A DNA stretch of 24,000 bases. Source: an uncultured Oscillospiraceae bacterium. Lineage in GTDB: Bacteria; Bacillota; Clostridia; Oscillospirales; Ruminococcaceae. The notes below the pieces were generated by a model. The model searched no databases. It saw only the letters and a program-made list of their open reading frames with translations, and was not told the DNA's origin. The translations under genes were made by a program, and so were the position numbers. The first letter of the stretch is position 1, and every line of letters begins with the position of its first letter. The stretch covers positions 1 to 24,000 of the forward strand of contig CAKTCT010000032.1 of the NCBI GenBank assembly GCA_934539585.1, written 5' to 3'. This document shows, one piece after another, positions 1 to 8,156 of this stretch.

Positions 1-60
1 GTCATCTGTTTATCCATAATTTCATTATATCACATTTGGCACTATCTCGCTCCTTTTTCT

Positions 61-744
61 GTGCGGTGTTGCCCTAACTTTATTTCCGATTCTGAGGCGG
101 AATGGGTCGCGGCTGAGGTTCCCACCGTAGACGGTACTCCTTATAAGAGTTCTTCACCATCGACTCCTAACTGGTTTGTCTTCGTAAAAAAAGGCATCGA
201 GCATCCCGAAGCTGTTGTCAAGCTGCTCAATTTGCAGTACAAGCTCAGCAACGAGGATCCTTCCAAATATGAGACAGACACCGCCGAAGGGGGACTTGAG
301 CGTCTCAAATACAAAATTTTCCCCACTGAAAAGGGCGCTTGGGGAAATCTGAAAACCTGGGCAGCTGTTAATGACGCTATCAATGCCGACAGCGATGCTT
401 CTCTGAGCAATGCTGATAAGCCTACCTATCAGAGCGTTAAAGCTGCCTTGGACGGCGATCGGTCTTCCATGGCCAACGCCATGGTCTTCGGGCCCAACGG
501 CACTTTTGCTATTATAAACAAGATGAAGAATGAAAATCGAATTCTCCAGGATGCTTACCAAACCCTCCCCACCGACACCATGACCCGGCGGAAAGCGGAC
601 ATTGGCGCTCTGCTGGACTCCGCCATCCTCAACGTTATCAACGGCGAGGACATCAGCGCCTTTGACGAGGCTGTGGAGGCCTGGAAGGCAGGCGGCGGCG
701 ACACCATGACCGAGGAGGTCAACGCCTGGTACCACAGCAAATAA
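61..744 (+). CDS. C-terminal fragment of an ABC-transporter extracellular solute-binding protein (family-1 / LplA-like sugar SBP); N-terminal half, signal peptide and lipobox absent
   Basis: The 227-aa ORF lies directly upstream of two LplB/LplC-type permeases. The sequence (…NWFVFVKKGIEHPEAVVKLLNLQY…, C-terminal …EAWKAGGGDTMTEEVNAWY) looks like the C-terminal lobe of ~500-aa sugar SBPs. The frame is open to nt 1, but nt 1-60 are ~33% GC and do not look like SBP coding sequence. Confidence 0.65.
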   Translation: MRCCPNFISDSEAEWVAAEVPTVDGTPYKSSSPSTPNWFVFVKKGIEHPEAVVKLLNLQYKLSNEDPSKYETDTAEGGLERLKYKIFPTEKGAWGNLKTWAAVNDAINADSDASLSNADKPTYQSVKAALDGDRSSMANAMVFGPNGTFAIINKMKNENRILQDAYQTLPTDTMTRRKADIGALLDSAILNVINGEDISAFDEAVEAWKAGGGDTMTEEVNAWYHSK

Positions 745-762
745 TCTCCCGCGCACATTCCC

Positions 763-809
763 GGGGGCCGCAGCCCATCCGATTCCAGAGCTGCGGCCCC
801 CTCTATTTC
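763..809 (+). terminator. Intra-operon stem-loop / partial terminator after the SBP gene
   Basis: A 12-bp perfect GC-rich stem, GGGGGCCGCAGC (763-774) with GCTGCGGCCCCC (790-801), is followed by the T-rich TCTATTTCT. This is typical of SBP-distal attenuators in ABC operons. Confidence 0.45.
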
Positions 810-855
810 TGAAAGGCGGACCCATCTCCCGGATTCCGCGAAAGGAAGGATACAC

Positions 856-1755
856 ATGGCCCATAAAAAGCTGCGGAGTCAAATCCCGTTTCATCTGATG
901 CTGCTGCCCGCCACGGTGCTGCTGCTGATCTACGCATACCTGCCCATGGCCGGAATTTCCCTGGCGTTTCTGGACTACACCCCGGCCTTGGGGTTTTCCC
1001 AGGCGAAGTTCGTGGGGTTCGGGAATTTCCGGACGCTGTTTCTGAACCCCGGCTTCTTCACCGCCATTGTCAACACCGTGGTCATTGCGGTGTGGAAAAT
1101 CGTCCTGGGGCTGATCATCCCGGTGGCCGTGGCGCTGATGCTCAACGAGATCGGCAGCAGCTGGTACAAGCGGGTGGTGCAGACGGTGGTGTATCTGCCC
1201 TATTTCGTCTCCTGGGTCCTCATGGCCGGGATCATTGTGGACATCTTCTCCCCTGCCAACGGCCTGGTGAACAAGCTCCTGGGGTTCTTCGGGGTGAAGC
1301 CCATCTTTTTCCTGGGGGACAACAAGTGGTTCCAGTTCGTCATCATCCTGACCAACGTGTGGAAGGAGTTCGGCTGGGGGACCATCATTTACATGGCGGC
1401 CCTTTCGGGCATCGACCCCTCCCTTTACGAGGCGGCGGTCATTGACGGCGCGGGGCGCATCCGCCAGACCTGGAGCATCACCCTTCCGGGGCTGATGCCC
1501 ACCATCGTCCTGACGGCCACCCTGAGCCTGGGGAACATCCTCAACGCAGGCTTCGACCAGATCTACAACCTCATGAGCCCCGTGACCATGAAAAGCGGCG
1601 ACATCATCGACACCCTGGTCTACCGCCTGGGCATGGAAAGCGCCCAGTTCGGCGTTTCCACGGCGGCGGGACTGTTCAAATCCGCCATTTCCTGCGCTTT
1701 GATCATCCTGTCCTACAAGCTGGCGGACAAAGCCGTGGGCTACAAAATCTTTTAA
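856..1755 (+). CDS. Carbohydrate ABC transporter permease (LplB/MsmF-like)
   Basis: 299 aa and multi-TM. It has an EAA-loop-like motif, LSGIDPSLYEAAVIDGAGRIRQTWSITLPGL. An RBS-like GAAAGGAAGG lies upstream of the ATG. Confidence 0.9.
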   Translation: MAHKKLRSQIPFHLMLLPATVLLLIYAYLPMAGISLAFLDYTPALGFSQAKFVGFGNFRTLFLNPGFFTAIVNTVVIAVWKIVLGLIIPVAVALMLNEIGSSWYKRVVQTVVYLPYFVSWVLMAGIIVDIFSPANGLVNKLLGFFGVKPIFFLGDNKWFQFVIILTNVWKEFGWGTIIYMAALSGIDPSLYEAAVIDGAGRIRQTWSITLPGLMPTIVLTATLSLGNILNAGFDQIYNLMSPVTMKSGDIIDTLVYRLGMESAQFGVSTAAGLFKSAISCALIILSYKLADKAVGYKIF

Positions 1756-1768
1756 GGGAGGGGAACGC

Positions 1769-2647
1769 ATGCGCATCAAGGAATCCCTTTCCAGAAGGGT
1801 CTATCTGGTCTGCAACTACATTTTCGTCGGCGTGCTGGCGGTGGTCTGCATCTACCCCATGCTCCACGTCCTGGCCATTTCGCTGAGCTCCACCCACGCG
1901 GTCAACGCCGGAGAGGTGAACCTGCTCCCCGTAGGCTTCCAGCTGGACGCCTACAAGTTCGTGACCCAGAGCAAGGAGTTTTACACCTCCTTCGGGGTTT
2001 CCGTCCGGCGGACCCTCCTGGGCGTCGTCGTCAACATGACCCTGACGGTGCTGGCGGGGTACCCCCTGTCCAAGAGCAAGGCCAAATTCTACGCCCGGAA
2101 CCGGTACATGTGGTACTTCGTCATCACCATGCTGTTCGGCGGCGGGCTGATCCCGGCGTACCTGTCGGTGCGGTTCACCGGGCTCATCGACACCATCTGG
2201 GCCCTGATCCTGCCCTGCGCGGTGCCGGTTTACAACGTCATCCTGTTCCAGAACTTCGTCAAGGCGCTGCCGGAGGAGATTCTGGAGTCCGCCTACATGG
2301 ACGGCGCCGGGGAGTGGACGGTGCTCCTGCGGATGGTCCTGCCCCTTTCCAAGCCGGTGCTGGCCACCCTGACCCTGTTCGTGGCGGTGGGCCACTGGAA
2401 CGCCTGGTTCGACGGCATGATCTACATGAACGACCCCGCCAGGTACCCCCTCCAGACCTACTTGCAGACCATCGTGGTCCAATTGAACCTCAAGAGCATC
2501 ACCAACATCAGCCAGGTGACGAAGATTTCCGAGCAGAACAGCAAGTGCGCCCAGATCATCATCGCCATGCTGCCCATTCTGGCGGTCTACCCCTTCTTAC
2601 AGAAATACTTCACCAAGGGCATCGTCCTGGGCAGCGTCAAGGGCTGA
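1769..2647 (+). CDS. Carbohydrate ABC transporter permease (LplC/MsmG-like)
   Basis: 292 aa and multi-TM. EAA-loop motif LPEEILESAYMDGAGEWTVLLRMVLPLSKP. RBS GGGAGGGG upstream. Tight spacing with the preceding permease. Confidence 0.9.
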   Translation: MRIKESLSRRVYLVCNYIFVGVLAVVCIYPMLHVLAISLSSTHAVNAGEVNLLPVGFQLDAYKFVTQSKEFYTSFGVSVRRTLLGVVVNMTLTVLAGYPLSKSKAKFYARNRYMWYFVITMLFGGGLIPAYLSVRFTGLIDTIWALILPCAVPVYNVILFQNFVKALPEEILESAYMDGAGEWTVLLRMVLPLSKPVLATLTLFVAVGHWNAWFDGMIYMNDPARYPLQTYLQTIVVQLNLKSITNISQVTKISEQNSKCAQIIIAMLPILAVYPFLQKYFTKGIVLGSVKG

Positions 2648-2669
2648 CCGGCGGGAAAGGAGCGTTTTT

Positions 2670-4780
2670 ATGGAGCATCCCTTCTTATTCGGGGCCCAGT
2701 ACTACCGCGCCCCCACCCCCGCCCGGGAAAACTGGGAAAGCGACCTGAAAAACATGAAGGCCCTGGGCTTCAACGCCGTGAAATTCTGGGTCCAGTGGCG
2801 GTGGGCCCACTGGAGCGAGGACGAATTCTATTTCGACGACATCGACGAGCTCATGGACATCGCTCACAAAAACGGCCTCCGGGTGACGCTGAACGTCATC
2901 TTCGACGTCGCGCCCCTGTGGGTGACGGAAAGGTACCCCGACGCCCTCATCGTCCTGGCCAACGGGAAGAAGGTCCTGCCGGCCACGGTGGGCCACTGGC
3001 AGATTGGCGGCTTCCCCGGAGTCTGTTACAGCCACCGGGAAGCCTTTGAGGCCCGGCAGCGGTTCCTGCGGGTCACGGTGGAGCGCTACCGGAACCACCC
3101 GGCCCTGGACATGTGGGACGTCTGGAACGAGCCGGAGCAGTGCGGCACCAACCGGGCCCCCGTCACCCAGGAGCTCTCCTGCTTCTGCGAAAACTGCCGG
3201 GCGGGATTCCTCCGGTGGCTCAAGGAAAAGTACGGCTCCATCGACCGGCTGAACCAGGTCTGGGGCCGGTGCTACCGGGATTTCGATGAAGCGGAGCTCC
3301 CCCGGGAGCACGGGACCTTCGGGGACTTCCTGGATTTCCGGGAGTTTCACCTGGACAAGATGACCCAGGAGGCCCGGGCCCGTCTCCGGCTGGTCCGGAG
3401 CCTGGACCCCGCCCATCCGGCCTACCTCCATGTGGTGCCCAACACCTCCTCCATCTTCAACTCCCTGACTGGGGTGGACGATTTCCGGCTGGCGGAGGAC
3501 TGCGACGTTTTCGCCTCCACCAACTTTGCAAAGCCCATCTGGAGCATCCTCACCCTCTCCGCAGGCCGGGGAAAGCTCTACTACAACGCCGAGTGCCACA
3601 TCGGCAGCGGCTCCATCCGGATGCACCAGAAGCAGATCGCCTTTTCCGACCTGGCCAAGGACCTGGTCCCCCAGATCGGCATGGGCATCCGGGGTTCCTT
3701 TTCTGGCAGTACCGCCCCGAGGTCCTGGGACCCGAGGCTCCGGCCTGGGGCGCGACCCTTCCCGACGGGCGGCCGGGCAGCGTCGGGACCGCCGCCGGGG
3801 AGTTCATCGCAAAGCTCCGGCCCTATCTCCCGGAGCTCCTGGCGGCAAAGCCCCCGGAGCCGGAGATCGCCATCTGGAAGGGGCGGAAAAACGAGATTCT
3901 CTCCTTCTGCATCAACGAGGAGACCACCACCTTCGCCCAGAGCATCGAAGCCTACGTGGACGCCCTCTACTCCCACAACTACAACTGTCGCATCGTGGAC
4001 GACCAGGGGGTCCTCTCCGGGCTGGAAGGGGTCCGGCTGCTGATCCTGCCCCAGTGCTACGAGCTGGACGCCAGGCTGGCGGCAGCCATCGACCGGTTCG
4101 CGGCGGAGGGCGGGACCGCCCTCTGCGAGGCCCATCTGGGGGGCTACAACGCCGACACCGGGCGGCACTCCTGTACCATGCCGGGGCTGGGCCTGGACAA
4201 AGCCTGGGGCATCCGGGAGGAGTACACCACCAGCTCCTATCATTTAAAGCTCCGGAGCCGGGAGATCGTCAACACCGACGGCATGGCCGACGACGTGAAG
4301 AAGGCCCTGGACGTCTACGGCGTCAGCGGCGGGAAATACTTCCCCATCCGGCTGGAAAACGGCTCCGTGGCGGGCTGCCAGCGGTTCGCCGCCTTAAGCG
4401 GCAGCGGCTGCCAGGTCCTGGGGACCTTTGACGGGGTCGGCTGCATCCTGAAAAAGAAGTACCGGAAGGGGACTATCTTCTACTGCGGCTCCGACCTGGG
4501 CCAGGGGGCGGCGGCGGACCCGGAGGGCTTCGCGGCCTTCCTCCTGGACGTGGTCCGGGAGGCGGGAGCCGCCGACAACGGCCTCTGCCCTCCGGCGGGG
4601 GTCCATGTGGACCGGATTTCGGAGAGGCTCCTGGCGGTGAACAACCTCACCGAAACCGACGTCCTTCTCCCCGCAGAGGGGCGGTACGCCAGCGTTTTCC
4701 ACCCTGAAAGGACCGGCGGGGCCCTCTGCGTCCCGACCGGAGAGGCGGATCTGTTTGTGAGGGAGGGGTTCGATGCGTGA
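2670..4780 (+). pseudogene. GH42-family beta-galactosidase interrupted by a 1-nt frameshift (or homopolymer assembly error) in the G-run at 3691-3694
   Basis: Frame A (2670 onward) reads GH42-like sequence (GAQYYRAPTP…NAVKFWVQWRW…WDVWNEPE…) up to …PQIGMGIRG, then becomes Pro/Arg/Ser junk. Frame B (ORF 3593-4780) carries the natural continuation from about nt 3695: GFLFWQYRPEVLGPEAPAWG… through the trimerisation-like domain and C-terminus. Joining the frames at ATCCGGGG/TTC gives ~703 aa, a typical GH42 length. Confidence 0.8.
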
Positions 4781-5972
4781 AGCTCTGATCACGGAATTCG
4801 GCGCATCCCCGGCCAGGGAGGACAACGCGGCCTTCATCCAGCAGGCCATCGACTCCCTTCCCGGCGGCCGGGTGGTGATCCCACCGGGAGTCTACCGTTC
4901 CTCCGGCCTGCGGCTGAAAAGCGGCCTCCAGCTAATTCTGGAAAGCGGCGCGGTCCTGAAGGCCTCCGCCGACCTTTCCCGCTATCCCGTCCGGGGGATG
5001 TTCGACAGCGGCACCAAGGAAATGCGGACCTTTCTCTCGGCGGAGGGCTGCGCCGACCTCTCCATTCAGGGGCCGGGGACCATTGACGCCTCCGGGGACG
5101 CCTTTTTCGACTTTTCCTTCACCGACGAGGACCGGGCCCTCTACGGCGACGGCGTCCGGGAAACTCCGGCCCGGTGCAGGGAGCGGCTCAGCCATCCCAT
5201 CTATTTTTCCGACTGCGAAAACGTCCGGCTCCGGGAACTGACCATCGTCAACTCCCCCTGCTGGACCGTGACCCTGAACCGGTGCCGGGGCGTGAAAATC
5301 CGTGACGTAGACATTTCCACCGGGATGCGGATTCCCAACAGCGACGGGGTTCACATCAGCGGCAGCCAGGATGTGGAGATCACCGGCTGCACCCTCCGCT
5401 GCGGCGACGACTGCGTGGCCGTGACCTCCATTCTGGACAGCAGCGCCGTCAGCCAGAACGTTCTCATCTCCCACTGCATCCTGTCCTCCAGTTCCTCGGC
5501 CATCCGGGTGGGACACCTGGACGCCCGGGTGGAAAACGTTCTGATCTCCGGGTGCATCATCGAAAACGCCAACCGGGGCATCGCGATTTTTGCCGGAGAC
5601 GGCGGCGCGGTGGAGGCCGTAAAGGTCTCCGGCTGCATCCTCCGGACCCGGATCCTGGAGGGCGGCTGGTGGGGCAAGGGCGAGGCCGTGGTGGTGTGCA
5701 GCAAAAATTCCTCAGGCCGCATTTCCGACGTCTCCTTCCGGGACCTGACCGTGGAAACGGAGAACCAGCTGATCTTTGTGGGAAACGTGGAGAACTGCAC
5801 CCTGGACGGCTGCTCCATCCGGATAAAGGACAGTCCCCGGCGGAAATTCGCCCGGCAGTACGACATTGCGCCCAACGGGACCCTGGACCGGAAAAACGAC
5901 TTTCAGGGCCCCTTCTGCATCGACCTGGACCAGAACTGCGTCCTCCGCGTCAACGGAGAACCTGCAGAATAG
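4773..5972 (+). CDS. Glycoside hydrolase family 28 (polygalacturonase / rhamnogalacturonan-hydrolase-like, parallel beta-helix), no signal peptide
   Basis: 399 aa. GH28-type motifs NSDGVHISGS and CGDDCVAVTS, with repeated beta-helix-like segments. The ATG overlaps the GH42 stop (ATGCGTGA). Confidence 0.8.
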   Translation: MREALITEFGASPAREDNAAFIQQAIDSLPGGRVVIPPGVYRSSGLRLKSGLQLILESGAVLKASADLSRYPVRGMFDSGTKEMRTFLSAEGCADLSIQGPGTIDASGDAFFDFSFTDEDRALYGDGVRETPARCRERLSHPIYFSDCENVRLRELTIVNSPCWTVTLNRCRGVKIRDVDISTGMRIPNSDGVHISGSQDVEITGCTLRCGDDCVAVTSILDSSAVSQNVLISHCILSSSSSAIRVGHLDARVENVLISGCIIENANRGIAIFAGDGGAVEAVKVSGCILRTRILEGGWWGKGEAVVVCSKNSSGRISDVSFRDLTVETENQLIFVGNVENCTLDGCSIRIKDSPRRKFARQYDIAPNGTLDRKNDFQGPFCIDLDQNCVLRVNGEPAE

Positions 5973-5974
5973 AA

Positions 5975-6020
5975 CACCGCCGTCTCTCAGGGACCTTCCT
6001 GCAGAGACGGCGGCGTTTTT
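5975..6020 (+). terminator. Rho-independent terminator between convergent GH28 and acetyltransferase genes
   Basis: Stem CCGCCGTCTCT (5977-5987) pairs with AGAGACGGCGG (6003-6013). A T5 run follows at 6016-6020. Confidence 0.7.
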
Positions 6021-6024
6021 CCGT

Positions 6025-6663
6025 TTATTCGATGACCTCGTTGTCCGCCAGGATTTCCGGCTTGTGCTTCATGCTGTCGGCGTCGGAAAGGGTGCGGATC
6101 ACCCGGCAGGGGACCCCTGCGGCGAAGCTGTTGGAGGGAATGTCCCGGGTCACGACGCTGCCCGCTCCGATGACGCAGTTGTCGCCGATGGTCACGCCGG
6201 GGCAGACCGTCACCGAGGCCCCGAACCAGCAGCTGTTGCCGATGTGAACGGGCTTGGCATAACAGAGCCGCCGCTCTGCGCCCTCCGGGGTGCGGATCTT
6301 GTTCCGCTCGTTGGCCAGAAGGGGGTGGATGGGGGTGACGATGGTAACGTTGGGGCCGAAGTTGCAATCGTCGCCGATGGTGACTTCAGCGTCGTCCTGA
6401 ACGGTCAGATTGAAGTTGCCGAAAAACCGCTTGCCGATCTTGGTGTGCTTGCCGTAGTGGAAGGCGATGGGCCCCTGGATAAAGCCGCCCTCGCCGAACT
6501 CGCCCAGAATCTCCGCCAGGATGGCGGCCCGCTTCTCCACCTCGTCCTCGTGGGTCTGGTTGTAGTCCACGTCCAGATTGTGGGTCTTACGCTTGATGGC
6601 CTTCAGCTCCGGGTCCCCGGGGAAAAAGAGGATTCCGGCCTGGATTTTTTCTTCTTCACGCAT
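6025..6663 (-). CDS. maa: Maltose/galactoside O-acetyltransferase family (left-handed beta-helix, hexapeptide repeats)
   Basis: MREEEKIQAGILFFPGDPELKAIKRKTHNL… is a typical Maa/LacA N-terminus. Hexapeptide-repeat core …VHIGNSCWFGASVTVCPGVTIGDNCVIGAGSVVTRDIP…. The ORF track extends to 6705, but the Met at 6663 matches the family N-terminus and length (~212 aa). Confidence 0.85.
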   Translation of the reverse strand: MREEEKIQAGILFFPGDPELKAIKRKTHNLDVDYNQTHEDEVEKRAAILAEILGEFGEGGFIQGPIAFHYGKHTKIGKRFFGNFNLTVQDDAEVTIGDDCNFGPNVTIVTPIHPLLANERNKIRTPEGAERRLCYAKPVHIGNSCWFGASVTVCPGVTIGDNCVIGAGSVVTRDIPSNSFAAGVPCRVIRTLSDADSMKHKPEILADNEVIE

Positions 6664-6783
6664 GATCTGCGCCCCGCTTTCGTCAGAATGTGTCTTTACC
6701 GTCATTCTAGCACAGATGGAGCCAAATGTCCACCGGTTTCAAAAGCTAACCATTGGTTAATCGAAAAATTTTTCCGGATACGG

Positions 6784-6789
6784 TATACT
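6784..6789 (+). promoter_or_regulatory. Candidate -10 box (TATACT) for the DUF2442/lipoprotein/LemA operon
   Basis: TATACT sits 35 nt upstream of the TTG start and is preceded by an A/T-rich tract (AAAAATTTTT). No convincing -35 was found. Confidence 0.3.
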
Positions 6790-6823
6790 GAAGCTGTACC
6801 ACTCTGGGAAAGGAGGATGCAGC

Positions 6824-7072
6824 TTGCAGCGGAAATACATCTCCGCCGTGAAGCCGTTGGCGAACCACATCTTACAGGTGGATTTCACCTCGGGGAGCCG
6901 GCTCCTGCTGGACATGACCCCTCACCTGGGCGGGCTGCGGTTCCGGCCCTTGCTGCGGCCGGAAATCTGGGGCAGCGCGGAGACCAACGGCATCTTCGTC
7001 CGCTTCGGCGGCGTGGAGCTGAGCCACGACGAGCTCCTCACCATGGCGGAACAGGGCAAAGACGCATTCTGA
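6824..7072 (+). CDS. Small DUF2442-like protein (82 aa), TTG start
   Basis: A strong RBS, GGAAAGGAGG, ends 7 nt before the TTG. The composition looks like a real protein, unlike the overlapping Arg/Pro-rich frame. The family assignment is from memory of DUF2442-type small proteins and is tentative. Confidence 0.5.
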   Translation: MQRKYISAVKPLANHILQVDFTSGSRLLLDMTPHLGGLRFRPLLRPEIWGSAETNGIFVRFGGVELSHDELLTMAEQGKDAF

Positions 7073-7089
7073 CAGAAAGGAATCTGCAT

Positions 7090-8151
7090 ATGAAACGAAT
7101 CCATTGGCTGGCCCTCCTGGTGGCGGCGGTCTTCTGCATCGCCCTGACCGGCTGCGGCGGGGAGGCGGAGAGCTCCATTCCCCCCGACGACGGCAAGGGC
7201 GGAGCGGCGGAATTCCAGGCCTTCGCAGGGGACTGGCAGGCCGAAGGCTCCGGGGAGTACGACTTCCTGGAGGTCGGCGACGACGGGGCCTGGGCCCTCT
7301 ACTCCGGCGGAGAGCTGGTTTACAGCGGCGAACTGGTTTACAGCGCCGACGACGAAAGCTACTACGCCTTCACCCATGGGGAGGACGCCGGATACCTGGT
7401 CCAGCGCGTCGGCGAGGAGCTGGAGCTGGGCCTCTACGGCCGCTTCACCCCCGGGACCGGCAGCGTGGACGACGCCCCCGCTGACCCCGACGGCTCCGAC
7501 GCCCCCGTAGGCCCGGATACCGCCCCGGACACCCTGTACAGCGACACCCAGCTGGTCTGCGACCTGGATTTCGGCGACGACTACGCCGGGAACTACCGCA
7601 GCGAGAACACGGACTTCTCCCTCTTAGTCGTCAACGAGGACAGCTCCTACGCCCTCTACGACGGCGACGACGTCATTGACGCCGGGGAGATCGGCTACGT
7701 CTACGACCCGGCCTACTACCGCTACTACACCATCAGCCAGATGTCCGACACCTTCCGCCTCATCGACACCGGAAACGGCGTGGACCCCGACGACGTACGG
7801 ATTCTCATCGCGGGCTGGGGCGAGTTCATCCGGACCGGCGATACGGCTCCGGAGGAGTACCAGTCGGTGGCCCTCTCCGAGCTGGAGGGCATCTGGTACC
7901 TGGACGGCGACACCGCCGCCGAGGACTTCCTGGACATCAGGGACGACGGCAGCTGGACCTACTACCAGCGCTATGACGGCCAGCCGGAATCCACCCAGGC
8001 CGACTCCGGCTATCTGACCCATGGGGCAGAAGGCGGCAGTCATTTCGACGCCGTTTCCGAGGAAACCGGCGTGTCCTATCCGGTGTTCCTCTTTGACACC
8101 GGGATTCTCGTCTGGGGCGAGGACGACCACTACTTTGAACGGATGGAGTGA
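7090..8151 (+). CDS. Secreted acidic lipoprotein of unknown function with three internal repeats
   Basis: MKRIHWLALLVAAVFCIALTGCGG is a signal peptide plus lipobox (LTGC). It is the last 353 aa of the artefactual 761-aa ORF 5866-8151. It is rich in D/G/Y. Confidence 0.8.
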   Translation: MKRIHWLALLVAAVFCIALTGCGGEAESSIPPDDGKGGAAEFQAFAGDWQAEGSGEYDFLEVGDDGAWALYSGGELVYSGELVYSADDESYYAFTHGEDAGYLVQRVGEELELGLYGRFTPGTGSVDDAPADPDGSDAPVGPDTAPDTLYSDTQLVCDLDFGDDYAGNYRSENTDFSLLVVNEDSSYALYDGDDVIDAGEIGYVYDPAYYRYYTISQMSDTFRLIDTGNGVDPDDVRILIAGWGEFIRTGDTAPEEYQSVALSELEGIWYLDGDTAAEDFLDIRDDGSWTYYQRYDGQPESTQADSGYLTHGAEGGSHFDAVSEETGVSYPVFLFDTGILVWGEDDHYFERME

Positions 8152-8156
8152 ACACC

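Noticed and set aside
154-1779. Long antisense shadow ORFs opposite real genes. Examples: 154-1779 (541 aa), 8130-9854 (574 aa), 16862-18163 (433 aa), 9295-10398, 1703-2482 and 18597-19439.
   Set aside because: They have a highly biased Arg/Gly/Pro/His/Asp composition and no recognisable domains. Each fully overlaps a well-supported gene on the opposite strand. This is a typical high-GC artefact.
3681-3700. Programmed ribosomal frameshifting in the GH42 gene.
   Set aside because: No slippery heptamer or downstream stimulatory structure is evident, and there is no precedent in GH42 genes. A 1-nt indel in a G4 homopolymer, from mutation or sequencing error, is the simpler explanation.
5866-7089. 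The 5' part of the 761-aa ORF 5866-8151, which fuses across the terminator, the maa gene (antisense) and the DUF2442 gene.
   Set aside because: Only the last 353 aa, from the ATG at 7090 with a signal peptide and lipobox, look like a protein. The upstream part is Arg/Pro/Ala-rich and overlaps better-supported features.
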